From an uncultured Saprospiraceae bacterium (GTDB lineage Bacteria; Bacteroidota; Bacteroidia; Chitinophagales; Saprospiraceae), in contig CAYYBR010000001.1 of assembly GCA_964470035.1 (NCBI GenBank), forward strand, positions 8,776 to 72,775: 64,000 nt of DNA. Reading direction: 5' to 3'. Position 1 is the stretch's first letter. Each line of letters begins with the position of its first letter. The translations under genes were made by a program, and so were the position numbers. Under the pieces are notes generated by a model that saw nothing but the letters and a program-made list of their open reading frames with translations, was not told where the DNA came from and made no database searches. Below are positions 17,125 to 27,019 of the stretch, one piece after another.

Positions 17125-20100
17125 ATGCGCTTGAAGCGATTAACGATAAAGGGATTTAAGAGTTTTGCTGACGAAACAGTGATACACTTTAACGAGAATC
17201 TGATAGGGATAGTGGGCCCTAATGGTTCAGGCAAATCCAATGTGGTTGACTCCATCCGATGGGTACTTGGGGAGCAAAAGACGAGTGAACTTCGATTAGA
17301 TACAATGTCTGATGTGATCTTTAACGGAACAAAGAATCGCAAAGAAGGCAAGATATCAAAAGTGACTCTGTCATTTGACAATACGAAGAATGTGCTCCCT
17401 ACAGAGTACAATGAGGTGAGTGTCTCGCGTATCCTCTATCGCAATGGAGGATCAGAATACCAGCTGAACAACGTACCATGTAGAAAGAAGGATATCACAA
17501 ATCTCTTCATAGACTCAGGGATCGGATCTAACTCCTATGCCATCATCTCTCTTAATATGGTGGAAGACATCCTCCATGATAATGGTGGATCTCGTCGCGG
17601 TATGATCGAGCAAGCGGCGGGCATCGCCAAGTACAAGAAGAGAAAGAAAGAGACCTTAAGTAAGCTTCGTGGTACTCTAGAAGATTTGGATAGGGTACAA
17701 GATCTACTATTTGAGATCGAAAAAAACATGGCCTCTTTCGAACGTCAGGCTAAGAGAACAGAAAAATTCAATCAACTCAAAGTTGATTATAAGGAGCTTT
17801 CTATAAAGATCTCCCATATCGAAGTGAAGGAGTTTTCTCTCAAGTATAATCAGCTCAAAGACCAAATCCAAGTAGAGAAGGACAAGCGGTTGAAGATCAA
17901 TACAGAACTTGGTCAGGATGAAGCAGAGCTCCAGCGCCTGAAGACAGACATCATCAAGTACGAAAAGTCACTTAATGAGGATCAACAGGCGTTTAATACA
18001 CTGATCGAAGAACTGGGTAGAATCGAGAATGACAAAAACCTCTCTATACAAAAGCTTCAGAATGCCAAAGATCGTCTTGTAGAGATCGACACAAGCTCTA
18101 AGCAGCTAGAAGGAAGTGTAGGGTCCACTAAAAGTAAGTATGAGTCTTCTATCATATCTCAGGATAGTTCTCAAGCAAAGCTAGGAGTAGCAGAGCTGGC
18201 CTATAAAGAAGCGGATGAAAAGTTTGCGCTGCAGTCTTCGTCATTCGATGATCTGAGACAAAGAGAAAAGGAAATTAAATCTGCTGTATCCGCTAATCAA
18301 CTACTCAAAGAAACCCTAGGAAGAGAGATAGAGGCCTTGCTCACAAGACAAGGTATACTCAAGACTGATGTATCTACTATGGATACTAGAATCGGTGAGA
18401 TCAACAAAGGAGGTGAAGCAGATAGAAAAGAGCTGCAGCTACAAGAGAAACATCTAGAAGAGCTTGAAAAGCAACTAGAAAGTAAATCAAAAGAGTCGGC
18501 TGAACTTGAAGCGCAACTAGCCGAGATGCAATCCGTAGGTGCGTCGGCTGTTGTCGATATGAATGAAAAATATGCAGAACGAGCTGGTATAGAACAACGT
18601 ATCAAGTTCATAAAGAACATCATAGAGAACAATGAAGGACTACCCGAGTCTGTAAAATTTATACTTAATAAAAAGGGTAAAAACTATCCGGTGTTCTCAG
18701 ATGTCATAGAAATAAAAGATGAGAAGTATACTAATATCATAGAGCTCTTCTTAGAGCCTTACTTCTATCATATCCTCGCCGCTGATAGAAAAGAAGCGCT
18801 AAAAATATATGAGCAAGTAAGGGACGCCCAGAAAGGAAAGATCAAAGTAATCATAGCTGATGAGCTACCAAAAACTGCACTTACTGCTCCTAAACACGAC
18901 CTTGTCCCACTCGAAGACCTGATCAATTCTGATAAGCTGTATACCCAATATATCAGGTTGTTATCTAAGGATGTCTACGTCACGGATAAATCTTACAAGA
19001 CTTTAGACTTGACATCTCTGAGCAGCGATACCACAGTATTGTTTGCTAGTGAGTACCTTATCTATACTGGCGGACAGCTTTACGGAGGCTCTAATACGCT
19101 CTTCGAAGGAGTACAGCTAGGTAGAAAGAAAATTCTTGAGAAGCTAGAGATCAAACTTGATAAGTTGGGTAAGGTGATTGTCTCTCTAGAAGAAAAAGCG
19201 GAGCAAGATAAGACAAAGCAAGAGGCTAGTCTTGAGGCTCTCAATAAAGCTAGATCAGGATATGAAGAGATCAGAAAGTCTCTTGAAGAATCTAGGGGAA
19301 AATTCTATCAGATAGAAAGTAAGATTACTCATCTAGACGAGAGTCTAAAGGAGCTCGATGAACAGGTGCAACTCAAGAAGGAAGAGTTAGTACAAGTCGA
19401 GAAGGACCTTAATCTTAAGAATAGTCGGTACAGTGAGATCGAAACTGTGAAGGTCGATGAGATGAGTGATCAAGAGCTTACTCTGAAAATCGAAGAAGCA
19501 CATAAAGCTTATCTGGCAGCCAGTGCTGTGCGGGACCAAGCTCAGTCGGCACTCTTTGAGATCAGAAGTACCTTCAGCCTGGCGGCTAAGGATGTAGAGT
19601 TTCACAAGAATACATTAGGCGATATCTCGGTTAGGATAGACGCCTTACGAGAAGAGAAAGCGAATCAAGAAGAGATCATCTCCTCGACAGATATAGCACT
19701 TAGAGAGATCAAGCAATCTCTTCAGGATCAATATGAAAAGAAGGCGCAGATCCAATCAAAGCTTTCAGAATATGAAGACACCTACTATAAGGAGAAGGGG
19801 AAGATATTTGAGTTAGAGAAAAAGATATCAGAGTTCAGATCAGAGCTCTATAAGAAGGATCACTTGATATCTGAGCTTACTGAGAAATACACGCAGGTTG
19901 GTTTTGAAATCAAAGGTATACATGAGCGCAACTCTATAGAGTTTGGAGTAGAAATCAAGGAAAATGAATTTCCAGAAGAATATGAGGGTGCTAACCTCGA
20001 TGACCTAAGGTCTAAAAAGACAAAAATACAGGATCGGATAAGGAGTTTTGGTGAGATCAATCCTATGGCCATAACCGCATACAACGAGATCAAGGAGCGG

Positions 20101-20676
20101 CATGATCAGATCTCAAAAGAACGAGATGATATCTTAGAGGCAAAGAGTTCCTTAGAGGAGACTATCTCTGAGATTGAGATCGCAGCGTCTGAAAGATTCA
20201 ATGAGTCACTGAATCGTATCCGAGCCAACTTTAAGTCAGTTTTCCAGAGTTTATTTTCTAAGGATGATGATTGTGATATTGTATTACTTGACAATGAAGA
20301 TCCACTGGAAGCTAAGATAGAGATCATCGCTAAGCCTAAAGGAAAGCGACCTAAGTCGATCAGTTCATTATCTGGTGGTGAGAAGACACTGACCGCTGCA
20401 TCTTTCCTTTTTGCACTCTATCTGTTGAAACCAGCTCCGTTTTGCATATTTGATGAGGTAGATGCCCCATTGGATGATGTCAATGTTCTCAAGTTTAACA
20501 AGATCATCAGGGAGTTTAGCCAAGATTCACAGTTCATCGTTATCACACATAATAAACTAACCATGTCGGAGGTAGACATCTTATACGGTGTATATCTCAA
20601 AGAACTTGGTGTAAGTGGAGTCAGTGCAGTAGACTTTAGAACTTATGACCAGACTGAGATGGTGGTTACTCCTTAA
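17125..20676 (+). CDS. smc: Chromosome segregation protein SMC
   Basis: 1183 aa. Walker A GPNGSGKSN, long coiled coils, hinge, signature LSGGEKTL and Walker B FCIFDEVDAPLD. Confidence 0.95.
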   Translation: MRLKRLTIKGFKSFADETVIHFNENLIGIVGPNGSGKSNVVDSIRWVLGEQKTSELRLDTMSDVIFNGTKNRKEGKISKVTLSFDNTKNVLPTEYNEVSVSRILYRNGGSEYQLNNVPCRKKDITNLFIDSGIGSNSYAIISLNMVEDILHDNGGSRRGMIEQAAGIAKYKKRKKETLSKLRGTLEDLDRVQDLLFEIEKNMASFERQAKRTEKFNQLKVDYKELSIKISHIEVKEFSLKYNQLKDQIQVEKDKRLKINTELGQDEAELQRLKTDIIKYEKSLNEDQQAFNTLIEELGRIENDKNLSIQKLQNAKDRLVEIDTSSKQLEGSVGSTKSKYESSIISQDSSQAKLGVAELAYKEADEKFALQSSSFDDLRQREKEIKSAVSANQLLKETLGREIEALLTRQGILKTDVSTMDTRIGEINKGGEADRKELQLQEKHLEELEKQLESKSKESAELEAQLAEMQSVGASAVVDMNEKYAERAGIEQRIKFIKNIIENNEGLPESVKFILNKKGKNYPVFSDVIEIKDEKYTNIIELFLEPYFYHILAADRKEALKIYEQVRDAQKGKIKVIIADELPKTALTAPKHDLVPLEDLINSDKLYTQYIRLLSKDVYVTDKSYKTLDLTSLSSDTTVLFASEYLIYTGGQLYGGSNTLFEGVQLGRKKILEKLEIKLDKLGKVIVSLEEKAEQDKTKQEASLEALNKARSGYEEIRKSLEESRGKFYQIESKITHLDESLKELDEQVQLKKEELVQVEKDLNLKNSRYSEIETVKVDEMSDQELTLKIEEAHKAYLAASAVRDQAQSALFEIRSTFSLAAKDVEFHKNTLGDISVRIDALREEKANQEEIISSTDIALREIKQSLQDQYEKKAQIQSKLSEYEDTYYKEKGKIFELEKKISEFRSELYKKDHLISELTEKYTQVGFEIKGIHERNSIEFGVEIKENEFPEEYEGANLDDLRSKKTKIQDRIRSFGEINPMAITAYNEIKERHDQISKERDDILEAKSSLEETISEIEIAASERFNESLNRIRANFKSVFQSLFSKDDDCDIVLLDNEDPLEAKIEIIAKPKGKRPKSISSLSGGEKTLTAASFLFALYLLKPAPFCIFDEVDAPLDDVNVLKFNKIIREFSQDSQFIVITHNKLTMSEVDILYGVYLKELGVSGVSAVDFRTYDQTEMVVTP

Positions 20677-21308
20677 AGCTCGACGATGCCTTTATTGATG
20701 GCATAAGTGATCAACTCTACAGGCGAGCTTATCTGGAGCTTTTTCATGATATTCTTACGGTGTGTGTATATGGTATGTATGCTAACATTCAGCATGCTTG
20801 AGATCTCTTTTGCCATTTTACCTTGTCCTAGTAGCTTGACGATCTCTATTTCTCTTGGCGTGAGTTCAGTGATTTTTTCTTCTTCACCGAAAGTTTTGCT
20901 GATGATGATGTCGAGCACCTTTGAGCAATAGTATTTTTCATCATTGCGGCATGCGTCAAGGGCTTTATAGATCTCATCTTCTCTACAGAACTTGGTGATA
21001 TATCTATTAACTCCTCTACCGAGGACTTCATAAATCCTCTTTTTCTTTTCTTCATTACTGATGACAAGGATCTCAGCGTTAGGTGCTAGTTCTTGTACGA
21101 GAGAAAGTGCTTCAAGATCAAACCTGCCTTCTTCCTGTATATCCATAGTGACAACATCAAAACTATCTAACTTTAGTTTTGATTCTAGCTCTTCTTGAGA
21201 GGTAGCCTCACCATTGACCTTATAGAAGGGGTGTTTTTCGATGATGCTTTTGATCCCCGCACGACTTAAGAATTGGCCCTCACATACAAATACAGACAGC
21301 TCTTTCAT
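20673..21308 (-). CDS. NarL/LuxR-family response regulator with a degenerate acidic pocket
   Basis: 211 aa. Receiver domain plus GerE HTH (LTPREIEIVKLLGQGKMAKEISSMLNVSIHTIYTHRKNIMKKL). The usual DD pair reads EG. Confidence 0.8.
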   Translation of the reverse strand: MKELSVFVCEGQFLSRAGIKSIIEKHPFYKVNGEATSQEELESKLKLDSFDVVTMDIQEEGRFDLEALSLVQELAPNAEILVISNEEKKKRIYEVLGRGVNRYITKFCREDEIYKALDACRNDEKYYCSKVLDIIISKTFGEEEKITELTPREIEIVKLLGQGKMAKEISSMLNVSIHTIYTHRKNIMKKLQISSPVELITYAINKGIVEL

Positions 21309-21421
21309 CTCATTTTATCTTCTGCAAACATAAACTCTTTCAACCTTTCATACACACATAACACACATATAGCAGTTTAGCTTAATATTGTGTAAGATTG
21401 CTGCTATAAAAATCTTCATTT

Positions 21422-22354
21422 TTGGCGAAACTCAGACAAAATCACTCAAGAAGCGGAAAGCAACCATTTGCAGGTATGATGGTAAAGGTGCTAGTCATCT
21501 TTGGTATCCTTGCGATCCTTTTTGTTTTTGCATACCGATATCTTGATGGTAGTACGGCATTTGCCGCATCAGATGATGGTGCGACCTTTGAAGGAAGTGT
21601 GTCAGCTATCAGTGATCGTGATACAGACATACTTTTACCAGCGCATAATCAAGCAGAGCTAGTAATACACAAGCATTATCTTCTTGGGTATAACGAAAAG
21701 CACGAACAGCCAGATTGGGTGACCTATAGGCTGACCAAAGAGTCACTTCGGATACCCAATGTTCCTAGAGCCGACAGGTTTAAAGAAGATCCGATGATAA
21801 GATCGAGGTCTGCCAAGCATAGCGATTATACAAGATCAGGATATAGCAGAGGGCATCTTGTACCTGCAGGAGATATGGCCTTTGATACGGAGGCTATGCA
21901 AGAGACATTCTTCATGTCTAATATGTCACCTCAGATTAGTGGTTTTAATGGAGGGATCTGGAAGGAGTTGGAAGAATCGGTAAGGGACTGGGCGTATGAG
22001 TATGACGAGATATTGGTGGCTTCTGGGCCTATATTTACGAAAGTGACAAAATACATAGGTAAGTCGTCTAAAATAAGAGTGCCCGATGCCTTTTATAAAG
22101 TCGTAGTTGATGTGGCTGGTCGTGATAAGCGAGGTATAGCTTTTATCGTGCCCCATGAAGTGAGTGAAGAGCCACTAAAAAATTATGCTAAGACCATAGA
22201 TGAGGTGGAGTCGATAACGGGACTTGATTTTTTTGATAACGCTTACGCAAATACTTCGATCGAGGAAGATATAGAATCAACTTATGATATAAGTTACTGG
22301 CCTATGAGTCAAAAGAGGTATAATAACAGAGTGAATCACTGGAACAAGAATTAG
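21422..22354 (+). CDS. DNA/RNA non-specific endonuclease (NucA/EndoG family), membrane-anchored or secreted
   Basis: 310 aa. N-terminal hydrophobic anchor, active-site SRGHLVPAGD and SNMSPQ motifs. Confidence 0.85.
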   Translation: MAKLRQNHSRSGKQPFAGMMVKVLVIFGILAILFVFAYRYLDGSTAFAASDDGATFEGSVSAISDRDTDILLPAHNQAELVIHKHYLLGYNEKHEQPDWVTYRLTKESLRIPNVPRADRFKEDPMIRSRSAKHSDYTRSGYSRGHLVPAGDMAFDTEAMQETFFMSNMSPQISGFNGGIWKELEESVRDWAYEYDEILVASGPIFTKVTKYIGKSSKIRVPDAFYKVVVDVAGRDKRGIAFIVPHEVSEEPLKNYAKTIDEVESITGLDFFDNAYANTSIEEDIESTYDISYWPMSQKRYNNRVNHWNKN

Positions 22355-22376
22355 TAAAAAGGAGAAGTAATAATCA

Positions 22377-23942
22377 ATGAAGAATACAGAGGCATTTGTA
22401 CAAATGGTAGCCGAAGGTTACAAATTTGAAGGACCGTCGATCATCATGGGGGCGGCTAAGTTGGATGAAGATGTGATGAAAGAACTTTTTGTCCGCATAC
22501 CACTCCAGACTATGAATCGCCATGGGCTTATCGCTGGCGCGACAGGTACTGGAAAAACAAAAACACTACAGATCCTTGCTGAGCAACTATCGGAGCAAGG
22601 CGTACCATCTCTAGTTATGGATGTGAAAGGTGATCTAAGTGGGATCGCAGTAGAGAGTGGGGGACACGTGAAGATCGATGAGCGTCACGAGAAGATTGGA
22701 TTTCCTTTTTCAGCCTCTTCTTCTCCTGTAGAGTTACTGACACTTTCTGCAGAGAAAGGAGTAAGACTGAGAGCCACAGTATCTGAGTTTGGCCCAGTAT
22801 TACTATCTAAAATCTTGGAGCTTTCGGATACACAGTCAGGTATCCTGTCAGTACTCTTTAAGTACTGTGATGATGAAGAGCTCCCTCTTCTAGATCTCAA
22901 TGATCTCAAAAAAGTACTCAACTATGCTACCGATGAAGGGAAGGCGGCTATAGCCGAAGAATACGGCCGGCTATCGAGCCAATCTCTAGGTACCATACTT
23001 AGAAAAGTGGTAGCTCTAGAGCAACAAGGAGGTGATATCTTTTTTGGAGAGAGATCATTTGATCCACAAGATCTGCTCCAAAAGGATGCTAGTGGACGAG
23101 GTATAGTCTCCATCCTCAGGCTGGTCGACATACAAGATAAGCCACAGTTGTTCTCTACATTCATGCTTCAGTTGCTTGCTGAGATCTATGCCACCTTTCC
23201 TGAGCAAGGAGATGCTGAGAAGCCTAAGTTATGTCTCTTCATAGATGAGGCGCATCTAGTATTTGAGGAGGCAAGTTCGGCTTTGCTTAATCAGATAGAG
23301 ACGATTGTTAAGCTGATTAGATCGAAAGGAGTAGGCGTATTCTTTATCACGCAAAATCCAGCAGATATACCAGAGGATGTACTGGGTCAGTTAGGCCTGA
23401 AAATCCAGCATGCCCTGAGAGCCTTTACAGCAAAAGATAGAAAAGCCATCAAGTTGGCAGCGCAGAACTACCCGCTCTCAGATTACTATGATGCCGAGCA
23501 GTTGCTTACAGAGCTCGGTATAGGTGAAGCTTTTATGACTGTACTAAGTGAGAAAGGAACACCGACACCTCTAGTTCATACGTACCTCCGTGCTCCACAG
23601 TCAAGGATGGATGTCCTAAGTGATAAGGAGATTGACACTGTACTTTCTGACTCTCTACTTGTAGATAAGTATAATGAGGTAGTCGATAGAGAAAGTGCTT
23701 ATGAGATTCTTTCAGCTAAGATCGAAGACGCGAAGACAGAGGATCACAAGGAAGAGCAGACTAAAAGATCTGGAGGCTCACGTAGGAAAGAGAAAAGTGC
23801 AGTAGAACAGGTGCTGAGTAGTACAACAACTAGACAGGTAGGAAGAACAGTCGCAAGAGAATTAACTCGAGGATTGTTAGGTGTGTTAGGAGTACCTACA
23901 ACAAGAAGAAGATCTAGGAGAAGGAAGACTTCGTGGTTCTGA
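22377..23942 (+). CDS. DUF853 / HerA-like (YjgR-type) P-loop ATPase
   Basis: 521 aa. Walker A GATGTGKTKTLQ, Walker B LCLFIDEAH and a basic C-terminal tail. Confidence 0.8.
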   Translation: MKNTEAFVQMVAEGYKFEGPSIIMGAAKLDEDVMKELFVRIPLQTMNRHGLIAGATGTGKTKTLQILAEQLSEQGVPSLVMDVKGDLSGIAVESGGHVKIDERHEKIGFPFSASSSPVELLTLSAEKGVRLRATVSEFGPVLLSKILELSDTQSGILSVLFKYCDDEELPLLDLNDLKKVLNYATDEGKAAIAEEYGRLSSQSLGTILRKVVALEQQGGDIFFGERSFDPQDLLQKDASGRGIVSILRLVDIQDKPQLFSTFMLQLLAEIYATFPEQGDAEKPKLCLFIDEAHLVFEEASSALLNQIETIVKLIRSKGVGVFFITQNPADIPEDVLGQLGLKIQHALRAFTAKDRKAIKLAAQNYPLSDYYDAEQLLTELGIGEAFMTVLSEKGTPTPLVHTYLRAPQSRMDVLSDKEIDTVLSDSLLVDKYNEVVDRESAYEILSAKIEDAKTEDHKEEQTKRSGGSRRKEKSAVEQVLSSTTTRQVGRTVARELTRGLLGVLGVPTTRRRSRRRKTSWF

Positions 23943-23969
23943 TAGTGAGCCACTAACTTAGGGCAGTAA

Positions 23970-24551
23970 TTACTGACCTTTCACAAGTCTGGTGTGATTT
24001 ATTTTCTTGTACTGAGAGTCGTTCTGATAATCACTTGATTGATACTTACGTAAGTATGTCGCCCATGGGGTAGTCAAGTACATATTATTAGCGAAGTAAG
24101 TGATGACTGGAGCGAAAGTCTCAGCATCTAGAAATCCAGGAAGAGCCTGAATCAATTCTTTCTTTTCATCAAGGAATATAACAGTAGGGTAGCTCAGCTT
24201 TCCACTGGTTAACTTGGCAGCCAATGCATGGTAACCACGTCTTCCACTATTGATGAATTCGTATGTAACATCATTGTAAGTAATCTCACCTTTTTGCTCA
24301 GCATCGAACTTGATAGCGATATAGTGCTCGTTGATATATGCTGCTATGTCAGGATTCTGAAAAGTAACTTTATCCATCCTCTTGCACCATCCGCACCAAT
24401 CTGTATAGAGGTCGACAATCAATTTCTTATTTTCCTCTTGAGACTTGGCCATACCTTCTTCCCATGTATACCAATTAATCTGTCCTTGGCTACTGAGGCT
24501 GAAAGAGACAAACAAAAGAAGATGTATGAATAGATGCTTCAAGGAGATCAC
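23970..24551 (-). CDS. Thioredoxin-fold protein (thioredoxin_7/DUF255-like), secreted
   Basis: 193 aa. Signal peptide and WCGWC redox motif. Confidence 0.7.
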   Translation of the reverse strand: MISLKHLFIHLLLFVSFSLSSQGQINWYTWEEGMAKSQEENKKLIVDLYTDWCGWCKRMDKVTFQNPDIAAYINEHYIAIKFDAEQKGEITYNDVTYEFINSGRRGYHALAAKLTSGKLSYPTVIFLDEKKELIQALPGFLDAETFAPVITYFANNMYLTTPWATYLRKYQSSDYQNDSQYKKINHTRLVKGQ

Positions 24552-24659
24552 TCTGTTTAAGTATTACGAAAGTACGTATATGGGAATATACTTTCCAACA
24601 CTCAAGTTGGACTTTTACACATATTTAGGAGTTCTTTAACCTCTTTCATAAGGATATGG

Positions 24660-25709
24660 TCAATCCCTTACCTTTTTGCGAACGATATTGATCCTATCAT
24701 CCCTTAAACCAAAGCTCTTTTTGAGTTGTCCGCTTATTGACGGTGCTTTGATTCCGCTGCTGATTTTGATAGGTGCATGGATGATTCTTGCTTCGTCCCA
24801 AAGTTCTTCTTTTATGAGACTGTGTAGGACTTTTTTACCTCCTTCTACCATGACAGAACCGATTTTCATCTTTAGAAGTACCTCAAAAATTGATTCCCAA
24901 GACCAGCTATTCTCAGAGATATGTATGACTTCTTTAGATTTGGAGGCATAGTCTTTTTGACAAGTAAAGACGATGGTTTTTTCTTCATCCGATAGTAAGT
25001 ATCTTTCTGTAGGTACTCTTCCTTTTCTATCTAGTAGGATTCTCATAGGAGATCGATCGAAACCACGTCGATTAGTAAGTTGTGGGTTATCGATGATCGC
25101 CGTATCAGTGCCTACTAATATAGCATCGATCTCAGACCGCCAGCGATGCACCATTCGCTGAGATAGATCATTGGATAACCAGGTTTGTTCGCCCTTTTTT
25201 GACATATAGCCATCCCTAGATTGCGCCCACTTGAGGACGATAAAAGGGCGTTTAGAAGATTGATGAACATCAAACTCTTTGATAACTTCTTTGCCTAGCT
25301 TAGGGAGTATATCTGTAACCACCTGTATGTCTCTGTCTCGAAGCTTTTGGATACTCTTGCCGTATGTCTGTGGATTAGGATCCATAGTACTTATCACCAC
25401 TCTCTTTATATCGTGTGCGATGATAGCATCAACACACGGTGGTGTTTTTCCTGTATGATGACAGGGCTCTAGAGAAACATATAAAGTAGAATGAGGAAGG
25501 AGCACCTTTTTATCTGGAGCTATGCTACGGAGTGCGTTGATCTCTGCATGTGCCTCTCCATATACTTCATGATAGCCTTCACCGATGATCTCTCCATCAT
25601 GGACGATAATACAACCGACTCTAGGATTAGTTTTTACTGCACAGGTACCACGACGCGCTAATGAAAAACAACGCCGCATGTATCTTTCGTCTCTTTCTTT
25701 GTCACTCAT
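24660..25709 (-). CDS. ribD: Bifunctional riboflavin biosynthesis protein RibD (deaminase/reductase)
   Basis: HAEINAL and PCHHTGKTPPC deaminase zinc motifs plus a reductase domain. I chose the ATG at 25709, which removes the overlap with the upstream gene; the ORF itself extends to 25733. Confidence 0.9.
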   Translation of the reverse strand: MSDKERDERYMRRCFSLARRGTCAVKTNPRVGCIIVHDGEIIGEGYHEVYGEAHAEINALRSIAPDKKVLLPHSTLYVSLEPCHHTGKTPPCVDAIIAHDIKRVVISTMDPNPQTYGKSIQKLRDRDIQVVTDILPKLGKEVIKEFDVHQSSKRPFIVLKWAQSRDGYMSKKGEQTWLSNDLSQRMVHRWRSEIDAILVGTDTAIIDNPQLTNRRGFDRSPMRILLDRKGRVPTERYLLSDEEKTIVFTCQKDYASKSKEVIHISENSWSWESIFEVLLKMKIGSVMVEGGKKVLHSLIKEELWDEARIIHAPIKISSGIKAPSISGQLKKSFGLRDDRINIVRKKVRD

Positions 25710-26832
25710 CTCGCACCAAGGTAGCCAGTGCACCTATTAATTTATCGATTTCTTCTGTTGTATTCAGCAGACTTGTGGAGATACGGAGGGCTTTGCGATC
25801 TCCAGGAAAACCTATAGCCTGCATGACGTGAGACCCTTGCTCTGCACCTGAGCTGCATGCACTCCCTGTAGAAGCGCAGATACCATGTATGTCAAGGTTA
25901 AACATAACAAGGTCAGTTTTATCATTCTTGGGTAAACCGATGCTGACAATATTTGCTAACTGGGCATCGCCAAGGTTGCCCTGGTATATGAAATCAAGCC
26001 CAAGTGTCTTTGCCTGAGCCTTCAAATGCGTTCTCAGTCCGCTGACATGTTGGAGATGTTCTTGCCTATGCTCTACTAACCAATCAAGTGCAGCGGCCAT
26101 ACCTGCTATGCCGTAGAGATTTTCAGTGCCACTTCTGATCTGTCTTTCCTGACCTCCTCCATGGATATATGGTTTGATGATACTGTCATTAGATATGTAC
26201 AGCATACCGATGCCCTTTGGACCATAGATTTTATGACCGGAGGCTGAAAGAAAGTTGACCTTGGTCTTGGAAAGATCTATATCGTATTTGCCGATAGTTT
26301 GGACTGCATCGGTATGAAAGAGTGCACCATGCTTTTGGCAGATCTCACTTACTTCATGGATGGGCAGCATAGTACCTATCTCATTGTTGCCATGCATGAG
26401 AGATACCAAAGTTTTTGGCCCACTCTCAAGTAAGTTGTCTAGTTGTGCGAGATCAACATTTCCGAAAGGGTCTACGTCTAACATCTGGATGTCTATACTG
26501 GCATAATGCTCTAAACTGCTCAGGGTGTTGAGAACACATGGATGTTCTGTTGGGCTCGATATGATCCTCTGCACACTCAAGTCTCGAACTGCGCAATGTA
26601 TAGCCGTATTGTTAGCTTCAGTAGCGCTCGAGGTGAAGTATACTTCTCCGGTAGAAGCTTTAAGGTGAGCGGCAACTCTCTTGCGAGCATCTTCTATAAT
26701 TGTCTTGGCTTTACGGCCTGCTTGGTGTATCGATGACGGATTACCATGGACATTGTCCATGACATCCTTCATCACCTCTAGCACAGGGGAAGCGATGATT
26801 GTAGTAGCGGCATTATCAAGATAAATAGCCAT
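25702..26832 (-). CDS. Cysteine desulfurase (NifS/IscS class V aminotransferase)
   Basis: 376 aa. SGHKIYGPKG PLP-lysine motif and active-site loop STGSACSSG. Confidence 0.9.
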   Translation of the reverse strand: MAIYLDNAATTIIASPVLEVMKDVMDNVHGNPSSIHQAGRKAKTIIEDARKRVAAHLKASTGEVYFTSSATEANNTAIHCAVRDLSVQRIISSPTEHPCVLNTLSSLEHYASIDIQMLDVDPFGNVDLAQLDNLLESGPKTLVSLMHGNNEIGTMLPIHEVSEICQKHGALFHTDAVQTIGKYDIDLSKTKVNFLSASGHKIYGPKGIGMLYISNDSIIKPYIHGGGQERQIRSGTENLYGIAGMAAALDWLVEHRQEHLQHVSGLRTHLKAQAKTLGLDFIYQGNLGDAQLANIVSIGLPKNDKTDLVMFNLDIHGICASTGSACSSGAEQGSHVMQAIGFPGDRKALRISTSLLNTTEEIDKLIGALATLVRDE

Positions 26833-26870
26833 TGATAATCAAGTTGATAATTATGATAACGCAATGATAT
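26833..26870. promoter_or_regulatory. Four direct TGATA(A/T) hexamers abutting the cysteine desulfurase start codon
   Basis: TGATAA at 26833, 26845 and 26854, and TGATAT at 26865. Spacings are 12, 9 and 11 nt. Confidence 0.3.
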
Positions 26871-27019
26871 AGATTAATGTCATAGCTCTTCTTATAGACA
26901 TGAAATTTAGTTTAAAATGGATATATGTTTTCGATCATATCTATCTTGACAGGCTAATTGAAAAAGTTAAACTGTGAGGCCATGATTGATGTCAAGTTGC
27001 CTCAACAAAAAAAAATACT

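Noticed and set aside
17535-20600. Series of 60-111-aa minus-strand ORFs inside smc (for example 18297-18632)
   Set aside because: They are antisense to a long coiled-coil gene rich in GAA/AAG codons. Their translations are Ser/Phe/Leu-rich low-complexity sequence with no start context.
21422-23942. NucA-type endonuclease followed 22 nt later by a HerA-like DUF853 ATPase, which resembles nuclease-plus-HerA defence pairs
   Set aside because: The nuclease has an N-terminal membrane anchor or signal and belongs to the secreted non-specific nuclease family. DUF853/YjgR is a widespread housekeeping-type ATPase with no fused effector. Nothing in the sequence ties the two together functionally. A neighbourhood-conservation survey would be needed to revive the idea.
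25702-25733. Apparent 32-nt overlap between ribD and the upstream cysteine desulfurase gene
   Set aside because: An in-frame ATG at 25709 gives the normal RibD N-terminus (MSDKERDERYMRRC...) and removes the overlap. The longer ORF is an artefact of calling the longest ORF.
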